Shown one piece after another: positions 42,128 to 51,415 of a stretch of DNA of 64,000 bases (within the stretch, counting starts at the first letter, position 1; each line of letters begins with the position of its first letter). This stretch comes from an uncultured candidate division Zixibacteria bacterium (GTDB taxonomy: Bacteria; Zixibacteria; MSB-5A5; GN15; FEB-12): the NCBI GenBank assembly GCA_963806185.1, contig CAWDXE010000007.1, positions 480,001 to 544,000 of the forward strand. The letters are read 5' to 3'. The notes below the pieces were generated by a model. That model ran no database searches. It was not told the origin of the DNA and worked only from the letters and a program-made list of their open reading frames with translations. The position numbers were made by a program, and so were the translations under genes.

Positions 42128-43054
42128 ATGACAGCTATTCCGATATTATGCGGGCCAACCGGGTCGGGGAAGACTTCGGTGGCGATGGAACTGGCGAAGC
42201 GCTTCCCGATCGAAATCATTTCGGCCGACTCGCGCCAGATAATCCGTCAGCTCAACATCGGTACCGCCAAGCCGACGCCCGACGAGCGCGCTCGCGTGCC
42301 GATGCACCTGTTTGACCTGATCGATTTGGGGGAACGGTACACGGCCATGCGCTTCATTGCCGATGCCTCGACGGCGATAGGGGAGGTATTGGCGCGGGGG
42401 CGAATCCCACTGGTAGTCGGGGGGACAGGGTTATATCTCCGGGCGTTGTCCGAAGGTGTGGTCGAGATCGAGAGCGAAGACATGGCGTTGCGTGAGCGTC
42501 TGGAAGAAGAGGCGAAGGCGCATGGCGCCGACATGCTCTGGTACCGTCTCAACCAGATTGACCCGCTCGAAGCGGCGAAGATTCATCCGAACAACATGAT
42601 TCGTTTGATTCGCGCGCTGGAGATATTTTACCTGACGGGGAAGACAAAGTCGGAGATTACCTCGACAGGGGCATATAGAAGATCACCCTGGTCGTTCGTC
42701 TATCATTGTCTGGAACCGGATCGGGACATCCTGTACGGAAGGATTAACGAGCGCGTGGAAGAGATGTGGGCCGGAGGGTTGGTACAGGAGGTAGAGGGGC
42801 TCTGCTCAGACGGATGGCGCGAACGACTAGAATCGGCGAATGTTATGGGGTATAATGAGGTGTTGGCCTATCTGGATAAGAACATGTCGGTAGACGAGGC
42901 CATTGCCATGCTGAAACAGAACCATCGGCGATACGCCAAGCGTCAGATGACCTGGTTTCGACATCAGGTGAAGTGCCAGTACTTCCGGGATTCGGGGGGT
43001 GCCATGCAAGGACTTGAGACTTCAATTGCGTCGTTTGGTCGGGGTTCACCGTAA
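42128..43054 (+). CDS. miaA: tRNA dimethylallyltransferase
   Basis: GPTGSGKT, IISADSRQ, IGTAKP, VGGTGLY, RALEI, YAKRQMTWFR. Confidence 0.97.
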   Translation: MTAIPILCGPTGSGKTSVAMELAKRFPIEIISADSRQIIRQLNIGTAKPTPDERARVPMHLFDLIDLGERYTAMRFIADASTAIGEVLARGRIPLVVGGTGLYLRALSEGVVEIESEDMALRERLEEEAKAHGADMLWYRLNQIDPLEAAKIHPNNMIRLIRALEIFYLTGKTKSEITSTGAYRRSPWSFVYHCLEPDRDILYGRINERVEEMWAGGLVQEVEGLCSDGWRERLESANVMGYNEVLAYLDKNMSVDEAIAMLKQNHRRYAKRQMTWFRHQVKCQYFRDSGGAMQGLETSIASFGRGSP

Positions 43055-43080
43055 AAAAGTAACAAGCGGGCTCAAAAAAC

Positions 43081-43110
43081 TTGACATGGAATTTCGATGT
43101 TCGTTATATA
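43081..43110 (+). promoter_or_regulatory. Putative sigma70 promoter
   Basis: TTGACA-N18-TATATA. Confidence 0.55.
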
Positions 43111-43135
43111 GCAATGAGTTAGCGGGGATTCGCGT

Positions 43136-43163
43136 TAAAGCGGGCTTCCTTTTACGCCGATAC
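43136..43163 (+). promoter_or_regulatory. Sigma28-like promoter
   Basis: TAAA-N16-GCCGATAC, overlapping the inverted repeat ATACTACT-TGT-AGTAGTAT. Confidence 0.5.
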
Positions 43164-43209
43164 TACTTGTAGTAGTATATTGTTGGATCGACAGTTATGA
43201 AGGGTTGGT

Positions 43210-45378
43210 ATGATGGTACAAGGCCTCTTTAGAACGATTTCCTTAAAACTTCTGGTCGTAACAGCCATTGCTGCGGTGTGCTTCGCAGGCTGTGGCGCAA
43301 ACAAGAACTCAAGAATCGCTGAAGAGGGCGGCCGTCAACCATATGCCGCCGACAACTCATCAGACTCGGAATCCGATACCCTTCTGACTCCCCTGGGACA
43401 AATTCAGGACGATGACTCAGACGAGACGGCCGGGGCTGAGGCGGCTCGAAATTCTGAGCCGACCGTCAGTTCCAATCGCGAGGATCGTCAGGCCGACCAA
43501 TCCGTGGCGGCGAAACGTGTTCCGTCGGGGAAGAAATCGTCACGAACAGGGACGACTCCGGCGGAACAGGATTCGAACTGGTTCCAGCAGATCTTTGGAA
43601 CGACCAATAACGAGGATTCGGCGGCGGCCGTTGACGACGACATCTGGCGTCAGTTTGACTTGGCCGAGGAATACCACTCCATGGGGGTGACGGCCAATCG
43701 GGAAGGGGGCTGGGAAGAAGCCCAGTACTACTTCGAAAAGGCGCTGAAGATACTCGCCAATCTTGATGTCGAGACGGATACGATTCCAACGCCGGAAGCG
43801 GTGAAATACAGTGCCATCATCAACAACGTGGTGGCGGACTACCGGGTGACATTGCGATCGTTGGGTAAACTGGAAGACGACGCCGCGCCGTCGGTTCTGC
43901 TCGAGCGGTTCGGTGATCTGGAAGAAGGGCTGGAGAGTGACTCCATCCAGGTATTTAAGCAGGACATCGGGCCGGTGGTTCACGACCTCCCGATAGTGAT
44001 GAACGAGCGGGTGCGCAGTTCGATTGTTTATTTCCAGACGGTGGCGAAAAAGGCGTTCGCCCGCTACCTGTCGCGGATAAATCTCTACCGCCCGTTGTAC
44101 AGCAAGGTGCTGGCCGAATACGGCCTGCCCCAGGACCTGGTCTATCTGTCGCTGGTTGAATCGGGGTTTAATCCCAATGCGTATTCGTGGGCGCGAGCGA
44201 TGGGGTTGTGGCAGTTTATCGCGTCGACCGGCAGAATGTATGGACTGGAGCGCGACTGGTGGATCGACGAACGGAAGGATCCGACGAAATCGACCGATGC
44301 GGCGGCTCGTTTCCTCCGCGACCTCTACAATCAGTTTGGAGACTGGGAACTGGCCATGGCGGCTTATAACGGCGGACCGCGCCGGGTCGAGAATACAATT
44401 CGCGACCAGCGGACGCGCGATTTCTGGCGGATGAAGCTGAAACGTCAGACCATGGATTACGTACCGCTGATTTATGCCGCTGCTATTATAGCCAAGGAGC
44501 CGCAGAAGTACGGTTTCCGTGACGTAGCCTACGAACCGTCGCTCAAGTGGGAAGAAGTTACCATCAAGAAGTGTCTCGATCTCAAGACGGTGGCTGAGGC
44601 GATAGGGTGCGGGCTTGAAGAGTTGAAGGCGCTCAATCCGGAGCTGCTTCGCGGGTGCACGCCACCCGGCGGGCGGGAATATGTGCTGAAGATTCCGACC
44701 GGACGGAAGGACGTCTTCATGGCGTCGTACGAGGATATGGCGTCGCCGCGCGAGACGCAGATGGTGCGGCACACGATTCGTCAGGGAGAATCAGTCAAAG
44801 CGATCGCCTCCCGGTACGGTGTTTCTCAATACGCGCTGTTGGAGGCCAATCACCTCACCAAGAAGAGTAAAATCATCGCGGGTCGCGAGTTGATCATTCC
44901 GGTGCCGCTGGATCGATCGACACGGGTTGCGGCCAAAGCTAACGCTGACGCCGGGCCGTATGAATCATCAAATGGCGTGTATAAAGTTCGGTCGGGCGAC
45001 ACGATGTGGGACATCGCCAAGGCCTTCAATACCTCTATCGATGCCATCCGACGACTCAATTATCTGGAACGGGGCGCCCGGATTTACGTGGGGCAGAGTC
45101 TAAGAATCCCGGGTTCATCCGAAAAGTCCAAGGGTAAGAAGACCGGCAAGGTGATAGCGCCGACGTACGCGCAGTCGGGCGATGGGAAATCGGGCGACAA
45201 CGATTCCGGAGGCGGGTCGACCAAGGGTGTAATAGGCAAGCACACGGTGCGACGCGGGGACAATCTCTGGACGATCGCGCAGCGGTACAACACGACTGTT
45301 GACGCGGTTCGGGCGCTGAATGGATTGTCACGGAGTGCGCAGATCTATCCGGGTCAGGTATTGAAAGTTAAGATGTAA
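43210..45378 (+). CDS. mltD: MltD-like lytic transglycosylase lipoprotein with LysM repeats
   Basis: Lipobox FAGC; LVESGFNPNAYS-A-AMGLWQF, AAYNGG; LysM repeats HTIRQGES, YKVRSGDT, HTVRRGDN. Confidence 0.9.
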   Translation: MMVQGLFRTISLKLLVVTAIAAVCFAGCGANKNSRIAEEGGRQPYAADNSSDSESDTLLTPLGQIQDDDSDETAGAEAARNSEPTVSSNREDRQADQSVAAKRVPSGKKSSRTGTTPAEQDSNWFQQIFGTTNNEDSAAAVDDDIWRQFDLAEEYHSMGVTANREGGWEEAQYYFEKALKILANLDVETDTIPTPEAVKYSAIINNVVADYRVTLRSLGKLEDDAAPSVLLERFGDLEEGLESDSIQVFKQDIGPVVHDLPIVMNERVRSSIVYFQTVAKKAFARYLSRINLYRPLYSKVLAEYGLPQDLVYLSLVESGFNPNAYSWARAMGLWQFIASTGRMYGLERDWWIDERKDPTKSTDAAARFLRDLYNQFGDWELAMAAYNGGPRRVENTIRDQRTRDFWRMKLKRQTMDYVPLIYAAAIIAKEPQKYGFRDVAYEPSLKWEEVTIKKCLDLKTVAEAIGCGLEELKALNPELLRGCTPPGGREYVLKIPTGRKDVFMASYEDMASPRETQMVRHTIRQGESVKAIASRYGVSQYALLEANHLTKKSKIIAGRELIIPVPLDRSTRVAAKANADAGPYESSNGVYKVRSGDTMWDIAKAFNTSIDAIRRLNYLERGARIYVGQSLRIPGSSEKSKGKKTGKVIAPTYAQSGDGKSGDNDSGGGSTKGVIGKHTVRRGDNLWTIAQRYNTTVDAVRALNGLSRSAQIYPGQVLKVKM

Positions 45379-45483
45379 TCAATTGACGAGTTTTATGCTG
45401 GACAGGGATCGGCGACCGGCGCGATCTTGGCACGTTCAGAAATAACGGTTTCCGGCCTGACACTCAGGAAGAAATTGGGCACC

Positions 45484-46380
45484 ATGGCACGACGCCGCGA
45501 TCTGGTTATTGCAATTATCATTGGACTTGGACTTATCCTCGGTTTTGTCTTACTCGCCATTGTAACGGTCGGCCTCTTTGGTGAGAACGACGGCATGTCG
45601 TTTTCCGGTGGTGATATCGGCCTGGTGGAAGTATCCGGCACGATCGACGAAGCGAGCGGCCGGGAGTGGATTCACCAACTCGATAAATGGCAGAACAACG
45701 GGGCCATCAAGGCCGTGGTTGTTCACGTCAACTCACCGGGAGGTGAGGTTGCCATTTCCCAGGAATTGTACAGCGCGATACAGCGATGCAAGGCGGAGAA
45801 GCCGGTAGTCATATCGATGGCCGGCGTAGCTGCTTCCGGCGGGTACTACATCGCGTGTGCGGCGGACAAGATTGTTGCCAACCCGAGCACGATCACCGGC
45901 TCAATTGGTGTTATTTTCCAATTCCACACGTTCAAGGATTTGATGGGGAAGGTGGGGATTGGGACGGAGACGGTCAAATCAGGTGAGCTGAAGGATGTTG
46001 GATCTTATAGTCGCGAGATGACGGAGAATGAAGAGCTAATGCTTCGATCAGTGGTCATGGACACCTACGAGCAATTCGTCGAGGTGGTGGCTGAGAGTCG
46101 GGGCATGGACAAGGATGCGGTCTATCCTTTGGCTGACGGATCGATCTTTACCGGCTTGCAGGCCTATAACTTAGGCTTGGTTGACACGCTCGGGGGGCTG
46201 AAAGAGGCGGTTGATCTGGCCGGAAGTCTGGGGCATATCGAGGGTGAGCCGAAGCTGGTAATTCCGCCTAAGCGTGAGCCAGTCAACGTGTTCGACCTGT
46301 TGGGTGGGGCGGTGAAGACGTTCACGAAGTCGGTGGAATCCAACACCTCCGGACCCCGGTTGCTCTTTCTGTACCAATGA
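45484..46380 (+). CDS. sppA: Signal peptide peptidase SppA (short type)
   Basis: VNSPGG, KPVV-SM--VAASGGYYIA, TITGSIGV, KSGELKD. Confidence 0.95.
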   Translation: MARRRDLVIAIIIGLGLILGFVLLAIVTVGLFGENDGMSFSGGDIGLVEVSGTIDEASGREWIHQLDKWQNNGAIKAVVVHVNSPGGEVAISQELYSAIQRCKAEKPVVISMAGVAASGGYYIACAADKIVANPSTITGSIGVIFQFHTFKDLMGKVGIGTETVKSGELKDVGSYSREMTENEELMLRSVVMDTYEQFVEVVAESRGMDKDAVYPLADGSIFTGLQAYNLGLVDTLGGLKEAVDLAGSLGHIEGEPKLVIPPKREPVNVFDLLGGAVKTFTKSVESNTSGPRLLFLYQ

Positions 46381-46563
46381 TTTGGCAGTCTCAAGCGGCC
46401 AAAAAAAATCGCAAAATAGTTGTTTTTTCTTTGTTTTTTCCTTTGCCGGTCATTATCTTCCCATCTGCCAAAGGCTTATCGAAACCAACCGTCAGCCTTG
46501 GCCCATGCGGGACATCTGAGGAAGAAAAGAAATGAGATATGATACTTGTCGAGGGAGGACACA

Positions 46564-46848
46564 GTGACTAAGGCTGATTTGGTCGAAAAGGTGGCCGAAA
46601 AGACCGGTCTAACCAGAACCGACGTGGCCGTGGTTGTGGACTCGTTTCTCGATGTGGTGAAGAAGTCGGTAGAAAGCGGCCACAACATCGAGATTCGCGG
46701 ATTCGGGACATTCAAGATCAAGTTGCGCAAGGCCCGCAAGGCACGGAATCCTCGCACGGGCGATGTGGTCCCGGTGCCGGATCGTAAAGTCCCGGTGTTC
46801 AAGCCGTCGAATGAGTTCAAGAACCTAATTACCAAGCTCTCGTTGTAG
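46564..46848 (+). CDS. HU/IHF-family DNA-binding protein
   Basis: GGAGG RBS, GTG start; TKADLV, IEIRGFGTF, RKARNPRTG, FKPS. Confidence 0.95.
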   Translation: MTKADLVEKVAEKTGLTRTDVAVVVDSFLDVVKKSVESGHNIEIRGFGTFKIKLRKARKARNPRTGDVVPVPDRKVPVFKPSNEFKNLITKLSL

Positions 46849-46865
46849 GGAAAAGCGGAGGATTG

Positions 46866-46961
46866 ATGCCGAGCGGAAAGAAGCGCAAGCGTCAGAAGAT
46901 CAAAACGCATAAGCGTAAAAAACGCAGACGCGCTGATCGTCATAAAAAGAAATTACGCTAA
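46866..46961 (+). CDS. 31-aa basic protein, bS22/AURKAIP1-COX24-like small ribosomal protein
   Basis: GGAGG RBS, then MPSGKKRKRQKIKTHKRKKRRRADRHKKKLR (translated by hand; below the ORF-track cut-off). Confidence 0.85.
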   Translation: MPSGKKRKRQKIKTHKRKKRRRADRHKKKLR

Positions 46962-47106
46962 GAGATACGGCGGTCGTTTCCCGGCTGGCTGGGAAGCGGT
47001 TTCCGTACTCAAGCGGGCGAATAGACGGTTGGGATTGAAATTGCGTGTAGTCCGTCTACATCAATCGTTATTCTGACAACGACTTACCTGCACATAGCGA
47101 ATTTGT

Positions 47107-47132
47107 AATGCCCACTCGTCAGAGTGGGCATT
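47107..47132. terminator. Perfect 11-bp hairpin, possible terminator
   Basis: AATGCCCACTC-GTCA-GAGTGGGCATT. Confidence 0.5.
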
Positions 47133-47153
47133 CGTATTGATATAGGTCGAGTG

Positions 47154-50003
47154 GTGAATTACGCTCGACTGACAATGCACGTGGCCGCGCTGACCCTGGC
47201 GACCCTTATGGCCAAGCCTCATTTCGTTGAGGCTGCGGACTTCCAGATTAACACTGACGGTACAACCTCGGAACAGAGCCATCCGCGACTCTCCGTGGCC
47301 CCGGACGGGACCTTTGCCGTAGCATGGCAGGATTTCCGAAACGGGAACGGTGACATTTACTTGCAGAGACTGTCAGACGCAGGTGAGCTATTGGTTGCCG
47401 AGCAACCGATCAATTCAGATACCTTGGCGGGGTATCAGTCGTCGCCGTCTCTCGCCGTAGATAAAACCGGACAATTCATTACTGTTTGGCTGGACTATCG
47501 ACTTGGAACGTACCCGCTTGATCCGGAGATCTATCTGCAGAGACTTGATTCGACCGTTATGCCGGTGGGTGCGAATAGAAACTTAACCTCCGTTACTCCG
47601 GATTCATTGAAGGCCTCGCCGGATGTGGCGTTGTCGCCGTTCGGTGGCGGCGTAGTCGTGTGGGAAGATTGTCGTAACAAATCGTGGGATATCTGGGGGC
47701 AGCGGATTGCAGCCACGGGGGCGCCTGTTGGGAGTCAATTCAGGATCAACGACGACGTCGGGACGGCACAACAGCACTCACCCCGGGTGGCGTACTCAAG
47801 CGAGGGTTGGTTTGTGGTGGTGTGGTACGATAACCGCTGGGGGGACGACGATATCTATGTGCAGCGGTTCGACTCGGTCGGCAACAAGCGCAGTGTGAAT
47901 ATTCGCGCGAGCGGGGCGGCGACAGGGACGCGGCAGGCATTCCCGGACGTTGCTGCCGACGATGCGGGACATTTTACGGTAGTCTGGACGGATTGGCGCA
48001 ACGGCACCTATCCTTCCAATCCCGACATCTATGCGCGGCGCTATGACACCATGATGGTGGCGGGAGAGGAGCGCAAGGTCAACACCGACGCAAGTACGAG
48101 GGCACAGCTCAGTCCGAGCATAGCCGCCGACCGACGCGGAAACGTCGCGATTGTCTGGGCGGATTCCGGGTCGGTGTCATGGGATATCCGAGGGCAGATG
48201 ATCGATGCCGACGGGCAGATTCGCGAATCGAATTTCCGTGCCAACACCGTGACTGACAGCGCGCAACTCCAACCGGATGTGGCCCTCGACGGCCGCAACC
48301 GATATGTCACCTGGGCCGATAAGCGGAGCGGCCACTTTGACATCTTCGGATCAATCACGCAGTACAACGATCCCCACGTGACAGCAACTCCAAGCGTCGT
48401 TCAGTTTTCAATGCTCATCAACGGGAGCCTGCCGGCATCGCAGTCGATCGGCTTGCAGCAGGTCGGTTACAATCCGATACACTATAAAGCGGTTTCATCG
48501 GCTGCGTGGCTCGCGGTGACACCGTTGTCAGGCGTGACGCCCGATTCAGTTGTACTGGCTGTGACGGATCCAAGTCTTGCGGCCGGACTTCACTCGGCAG
48601 CAATTACGATTATCGATACCGATAATGATGATTCCAGTTGTGTGGTGCTGGTGCGCCTGGAGGTGCAAAGTCCGCTGCTGGGGTTGGTGCCGGACACGCT
48701 TCTCATCCGCGCTTTCGCCGGGGTGAAATATCCGGTGTCGGGAGCATTTCAGGTGGTCAACGCGGGGACGGGGAATCTGGCCTGGAGTGCGTCGGAGTCT
48801 ACGTCCTGGCTCGACCTGACCAAAGCGGACGGCGTTCAGGGCGAGGTCACAGAGGTAGCTGTGACGGCCGAATCGCTTGCTGTGGGCAGTTATTACGCTC
48901 CAATAGAGATTATCTCGTCCGAAGCAGCTAATTCGCCTGAGACCGCCTGGATAGCGCTGGAGGCGATTGACGATCTGCCGTACATCGCCGCCATACCCGA
49001 CACCGTATTCGCCGAAATCGTGGCTGACACCGTACAGCATTTCGGGGCGGAGATCGTGAATCTCGGCAACGGGGAACTCAACTGGTCGGCTGTGGCAACA
49101 GAACCCTGGATCATCGTCGAGACCGCATTCGGCGTGGCCGGTGATTCGGTCCGCTGTGCAGTTGATCCTTCGCAACTCGCTTTGGGAGTCAATGCAGCGC
49201 AGATTGTCCTTACCGACAGCTCGGCATTGAATATCAGTTTTTATCTGCCGGTCATAATCGACTACGAACCGCCGCCGCAGGCCACTGTGCGGTTCGGTTC
49301 GGCCCAAATGCAAATGGGGGAATCAGCGCCGATTGCGGTTACGCTCGTTGCCTCGGATGCCATAGCAGGGGCGAGGATTCCGGTGGCATTTGACTCGACT
49401 TCATTGACGCTTGATTCAGTGACGTTTGGGTCGCCACTACCGTCGGGGACGGTGTCCACACGGGTCGATTGCCCGACGGGGAATGTCGTGACAGTAAGTT
49501 TTGACAGCGGATTATTTGTCCCCGGTGAGTACCTTCTGGCCAATCTCTATTTCGGCGCACGGGTGGAAAATGCGCTATGTCCGATCGACACTGCTCGATG
49601 TGACTCCGGTGGAGTGTCCGCGACGCTGGCGGCCGGAGGAGGGGCACGGATGGCAGTCGAGGCGGGCGAAGTGCTCATATCGCCAACGACTGATGTCGGC
49701 GACCATGGAGGAGCCGATCTTCCCACACAATTTGCGCTGCATGAGAACTACCCGAACCCATTTAATCTCAATACGATCATCACCTTTGACCTGCCCGTCT
49801 CGGCCGAGGTACAGCTAGAGGTTTTCAACATCCTCGGTCAGTCGGTCGCGTCTTTGGTGAAGAGACCGTTCCCTGCCGGGCATCACGTAATCGAGTGGAA
49901 CGGCCGGGGCGTCAATGGGGGAGAACTTTCATCCGGAGTTTATTTCTACCGTCTGCAAGCCGATGACCGGGCTATGGTCAAACGGATGGTCCTGCTGAAA
50001 TAG
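47154..50003 (+). CDS. Secreted protein: seven-repeat beta-propeller-like region, three BACON-like domains, cohesin-like domain, T9SS/FlgD-like tail (start uncertain)
   Basis: Seven repeats Q--P-VA---G-F-VVW-D-R----DIY-QR; N-G-G-L-W----W repeats; IAVTL...IAGARIPVAFDSTSLTLDSV; LHENYPNPFN..VFNILGQ..WNG..SSGVYFYRL..KRMVLLK. Confidence 0.8.
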   Translation: MNYARLTMHVAALTLATLMAKPHFVEAADFQINTDGTTSEQSHPRLSVAPDGTFAVAWQDFRNGNGDIYLQRLSDAGELLVAEQPINSDTLAGYQSSPSLAVDKTGQFITVWLDYRLGTYPLDPEIYLQRLDSTVMPVGANRNLTSVTPDSLKASPDVALSPFGGGVVVWEDCRNKSWDIWGQRIAATGAPVGSQFRINDDVGTAQQHSPRVAYSSEGWFVVVWYDNRWGDDDIYVQRFDSVGNKRSVNIRASGAATGTRQAFPDVAADDAGHFTVVWTDWRNGTYPSNPDIYARRYDTMMVAGEERKVNTDASTRAQLSPSIAADRRGNVAIVWADSGSVSWDIRGQMIDADGQIRESNFRANTVTDSAQLQPDVALDGRNRYVTWADKRSGHFDIFGSITQYNDPHVTATPSVVQFSMLINGSLPASQSIGLQQVGYNPIHYKAVSSAAWLAVTPLSGVTPDSVVLAVTDPSLAAGLHSAAITIIDTDNDDSSCVVLVRLEVQSPLLGLVPDTLLIRAFAGVKYPVSGAFQVVNAGTGNLAWSASESTSWLDLTKADGVQGEVTEVAVTAESLAVGSYYAPIEIISSEAANSPETAWIALEAIDDLPYIAAIPDTVFAEIVADTVQHFGAEIVNLGNGELNWSAVATEPWIIVETAFGVAGDSVRCAVDPSQLALGVNAAQIVLTDSSALNISFYLPVIIDYEPPPQATVRFGSAQMQMGESAPIAVTLVASDAIAGARIPVAFDSTSLTLDSVTFGSPLPSGTVSTRVDCPTGNVVTVSFDSGLFVPGEYLLANLYFGARVENALCPIDTARCDSGGVSATLAAGGGARMAVEAGEVLISPTTDVGDHGGADLPTQFALHENYPNPFNLNTIITFDLPVSAEVQLEVFNILGQSVASLVKRPFPAGHHVIEWNGRGVNGGELSSGVYFYRLQADDRAMVKRMVLLK

Positions 50004-50032
50004 GCGGGAATATGCGGGCAAAATTGCCTGCT

Positions 50033-50061
50033 GTGACAACCTTTCGCCCTAACCCTCGTAT
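50033..50061 (+). promoter_or_regulatory. ECF-sigma-like promoter
   Basis: GACAAC-N16-CGTAT fits the generic ECF AAC...CGT pattern. Confidence 0.45.
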
Positions 50062-50100
50062 AGAATTCCAGTGTTGAGAACGAATTTTTGCGAGGGCTCT

Positions 50101-51321
50101 ATGCGCAATTTCACAATTACCATTCTGGCGGTGATTTTCGGCCTGGCGGCCTCCGGGTCGACGGCGGATTCATCGGCTCGCGTCTATGGAAAGATCACCA
50201 CGACTGACGGTGACGTGCTGGAGGGACTCATTCGCTGGGACAAAAATGAAGCCTGCTGGGTCGACATACTGAACGGCAACAAGGATCTGGAGAGCAAGAA
50301 TCGCCATCGCAGTACCGACGAGCGACGCAAGAAGGTCAAGATTTTTGGACTGCAAATCGGCGAAACCTATGAGTTCGGTAACTCGGCTGAGTCGGGCATG
50401 CGGGTGGGACATATCCGCTCGATCATTCCGGAAGATGATGACGTGGCCCGAATCATACTGAAAAGCGGCAAGGAAGTGGAACTGAGCGGCGGCTCGACGG
50501 ATATCGGTGAGGACATTCGTGAACTGATCATCGAGGATAAGAGCGAGGGGGAAGTTGAGCTTTCTTGGGATGAGCTCGAGCGGGTGGATTTCATGGATAC
50601 GCCGCGCGATCTCAACTCCACCTTTGGCGACCGGCTCTACGGCACGCTCACGACACGGCGGGGAGACGAGTTTACCGGGTTCGTGTGCTGGGATGTCGAC
50701 GAGGTATTCACGACGGATGTACTCGACGGCGAGGACGGGGGCAAAACGCGCAAGATCAAGTTCGGCAAGATTGCTTCGATTGAGAGGTATAGCTCCAGCG
50801 GAGCAACGGTGAAGCTTACGGCGGGCGATGAATTTGTGCTGCGCGGTACCAACGACGTCGATCAGAGCAATAGTGGCATCATCATCTCCGACCCTTCGTT
50901 CGGTCAAGTGACCATACAGTGGGATGAATTCGAGAAGCTGGTCTTCAAGCCGTTGCCGACGAGTCTTCCCGGGTATTCCTTTTTTGACGGTGGGAGACAG
51001 CTTGCGGGCACGGTAACCACGGAGGAGGGGGACACGTATACCGGTGACATACTCTGGGACAGCGATGAAGAGTTTACGTGGGAAGTCCTCAACGGCGATA
51101 GCCGGGGCATAGAGTTTGATATTGAATTGGGAAGCGTGAAGTCAATAGAGAAAGCGTCGGGACGATCATCGGAAGTGACGCTTCAGGACGGGCGGGTCTA
51201 TCGGCTGCGGGGCTCAAACGATGTGGACGAGGACAACAAGGGAATCCGGATCACTCAGAAAAACGGTGACGACGTCTGGGTGGACTGGGATGAATTTGCC
51301 AAGGTTGAGTTTAGCAAGTAA
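50101..51321 (+). CDS. Secreted acidic protein made of three internal repeats
   Basis: Signal peptide; three copies of G--TT--GD---G---WD--E------L-G ... L-G[ST][NT]D[VI] ... WDE. Confidence 0.75.
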   Translation: MRNFTITILAVIFGLAASGSTADSSARVYGKITTTDGDVLEGLIRWDKNEACWVDILNGNKDLESKNRHRSTDERRKKVKIFGLQIGETYEFGNSAESGMRVGHIRSIIPEDDDVARIILKSGKEVELSGGSTDIGEDIRELIIEDKSEGEVELSWDELERVDFMDTPRDLNSTFGDRLYGTLTTRRGDEFTGFVCWDVDEVFTTDVLDGEDGGKTRKIKFGKIASIERYSSSGATVKLTAGDEFVLRGTNDVDQSNSGIIISDPSFGQVTIQWDEFEKLVFKPLPTSLPGYSFFDGGRQLAGTVTTEEGDTYTGDILWDSDEEFTWEVLNGDSRGIEFDIELGSVKSIEKASGRSSEVTLQDGRVYRLRGSNDVDEDNKGIRITQKNGDDVWVDWDEFAKVEFSK

Positions 51322-51352
51322 GCTTTGACATTCCTTTCGACTCCAAAAGAAA

Positions 51353-51378
51353 AAGGCCTCGAGTGTACTCGGGGCCTT
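51353..51378. terminator. Bidirectional terminator
   Basis: AAGGCCTCGAG-TGTA-CTCGGGGCCTT between convergent genes, A-rich on the left and T-rich on the right. Confidence 0.75.
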
Positions 51379-51415
51379 CTTCTCTAATCAGCCATTTTTT
51401 TTGCGCCGGGACTGA

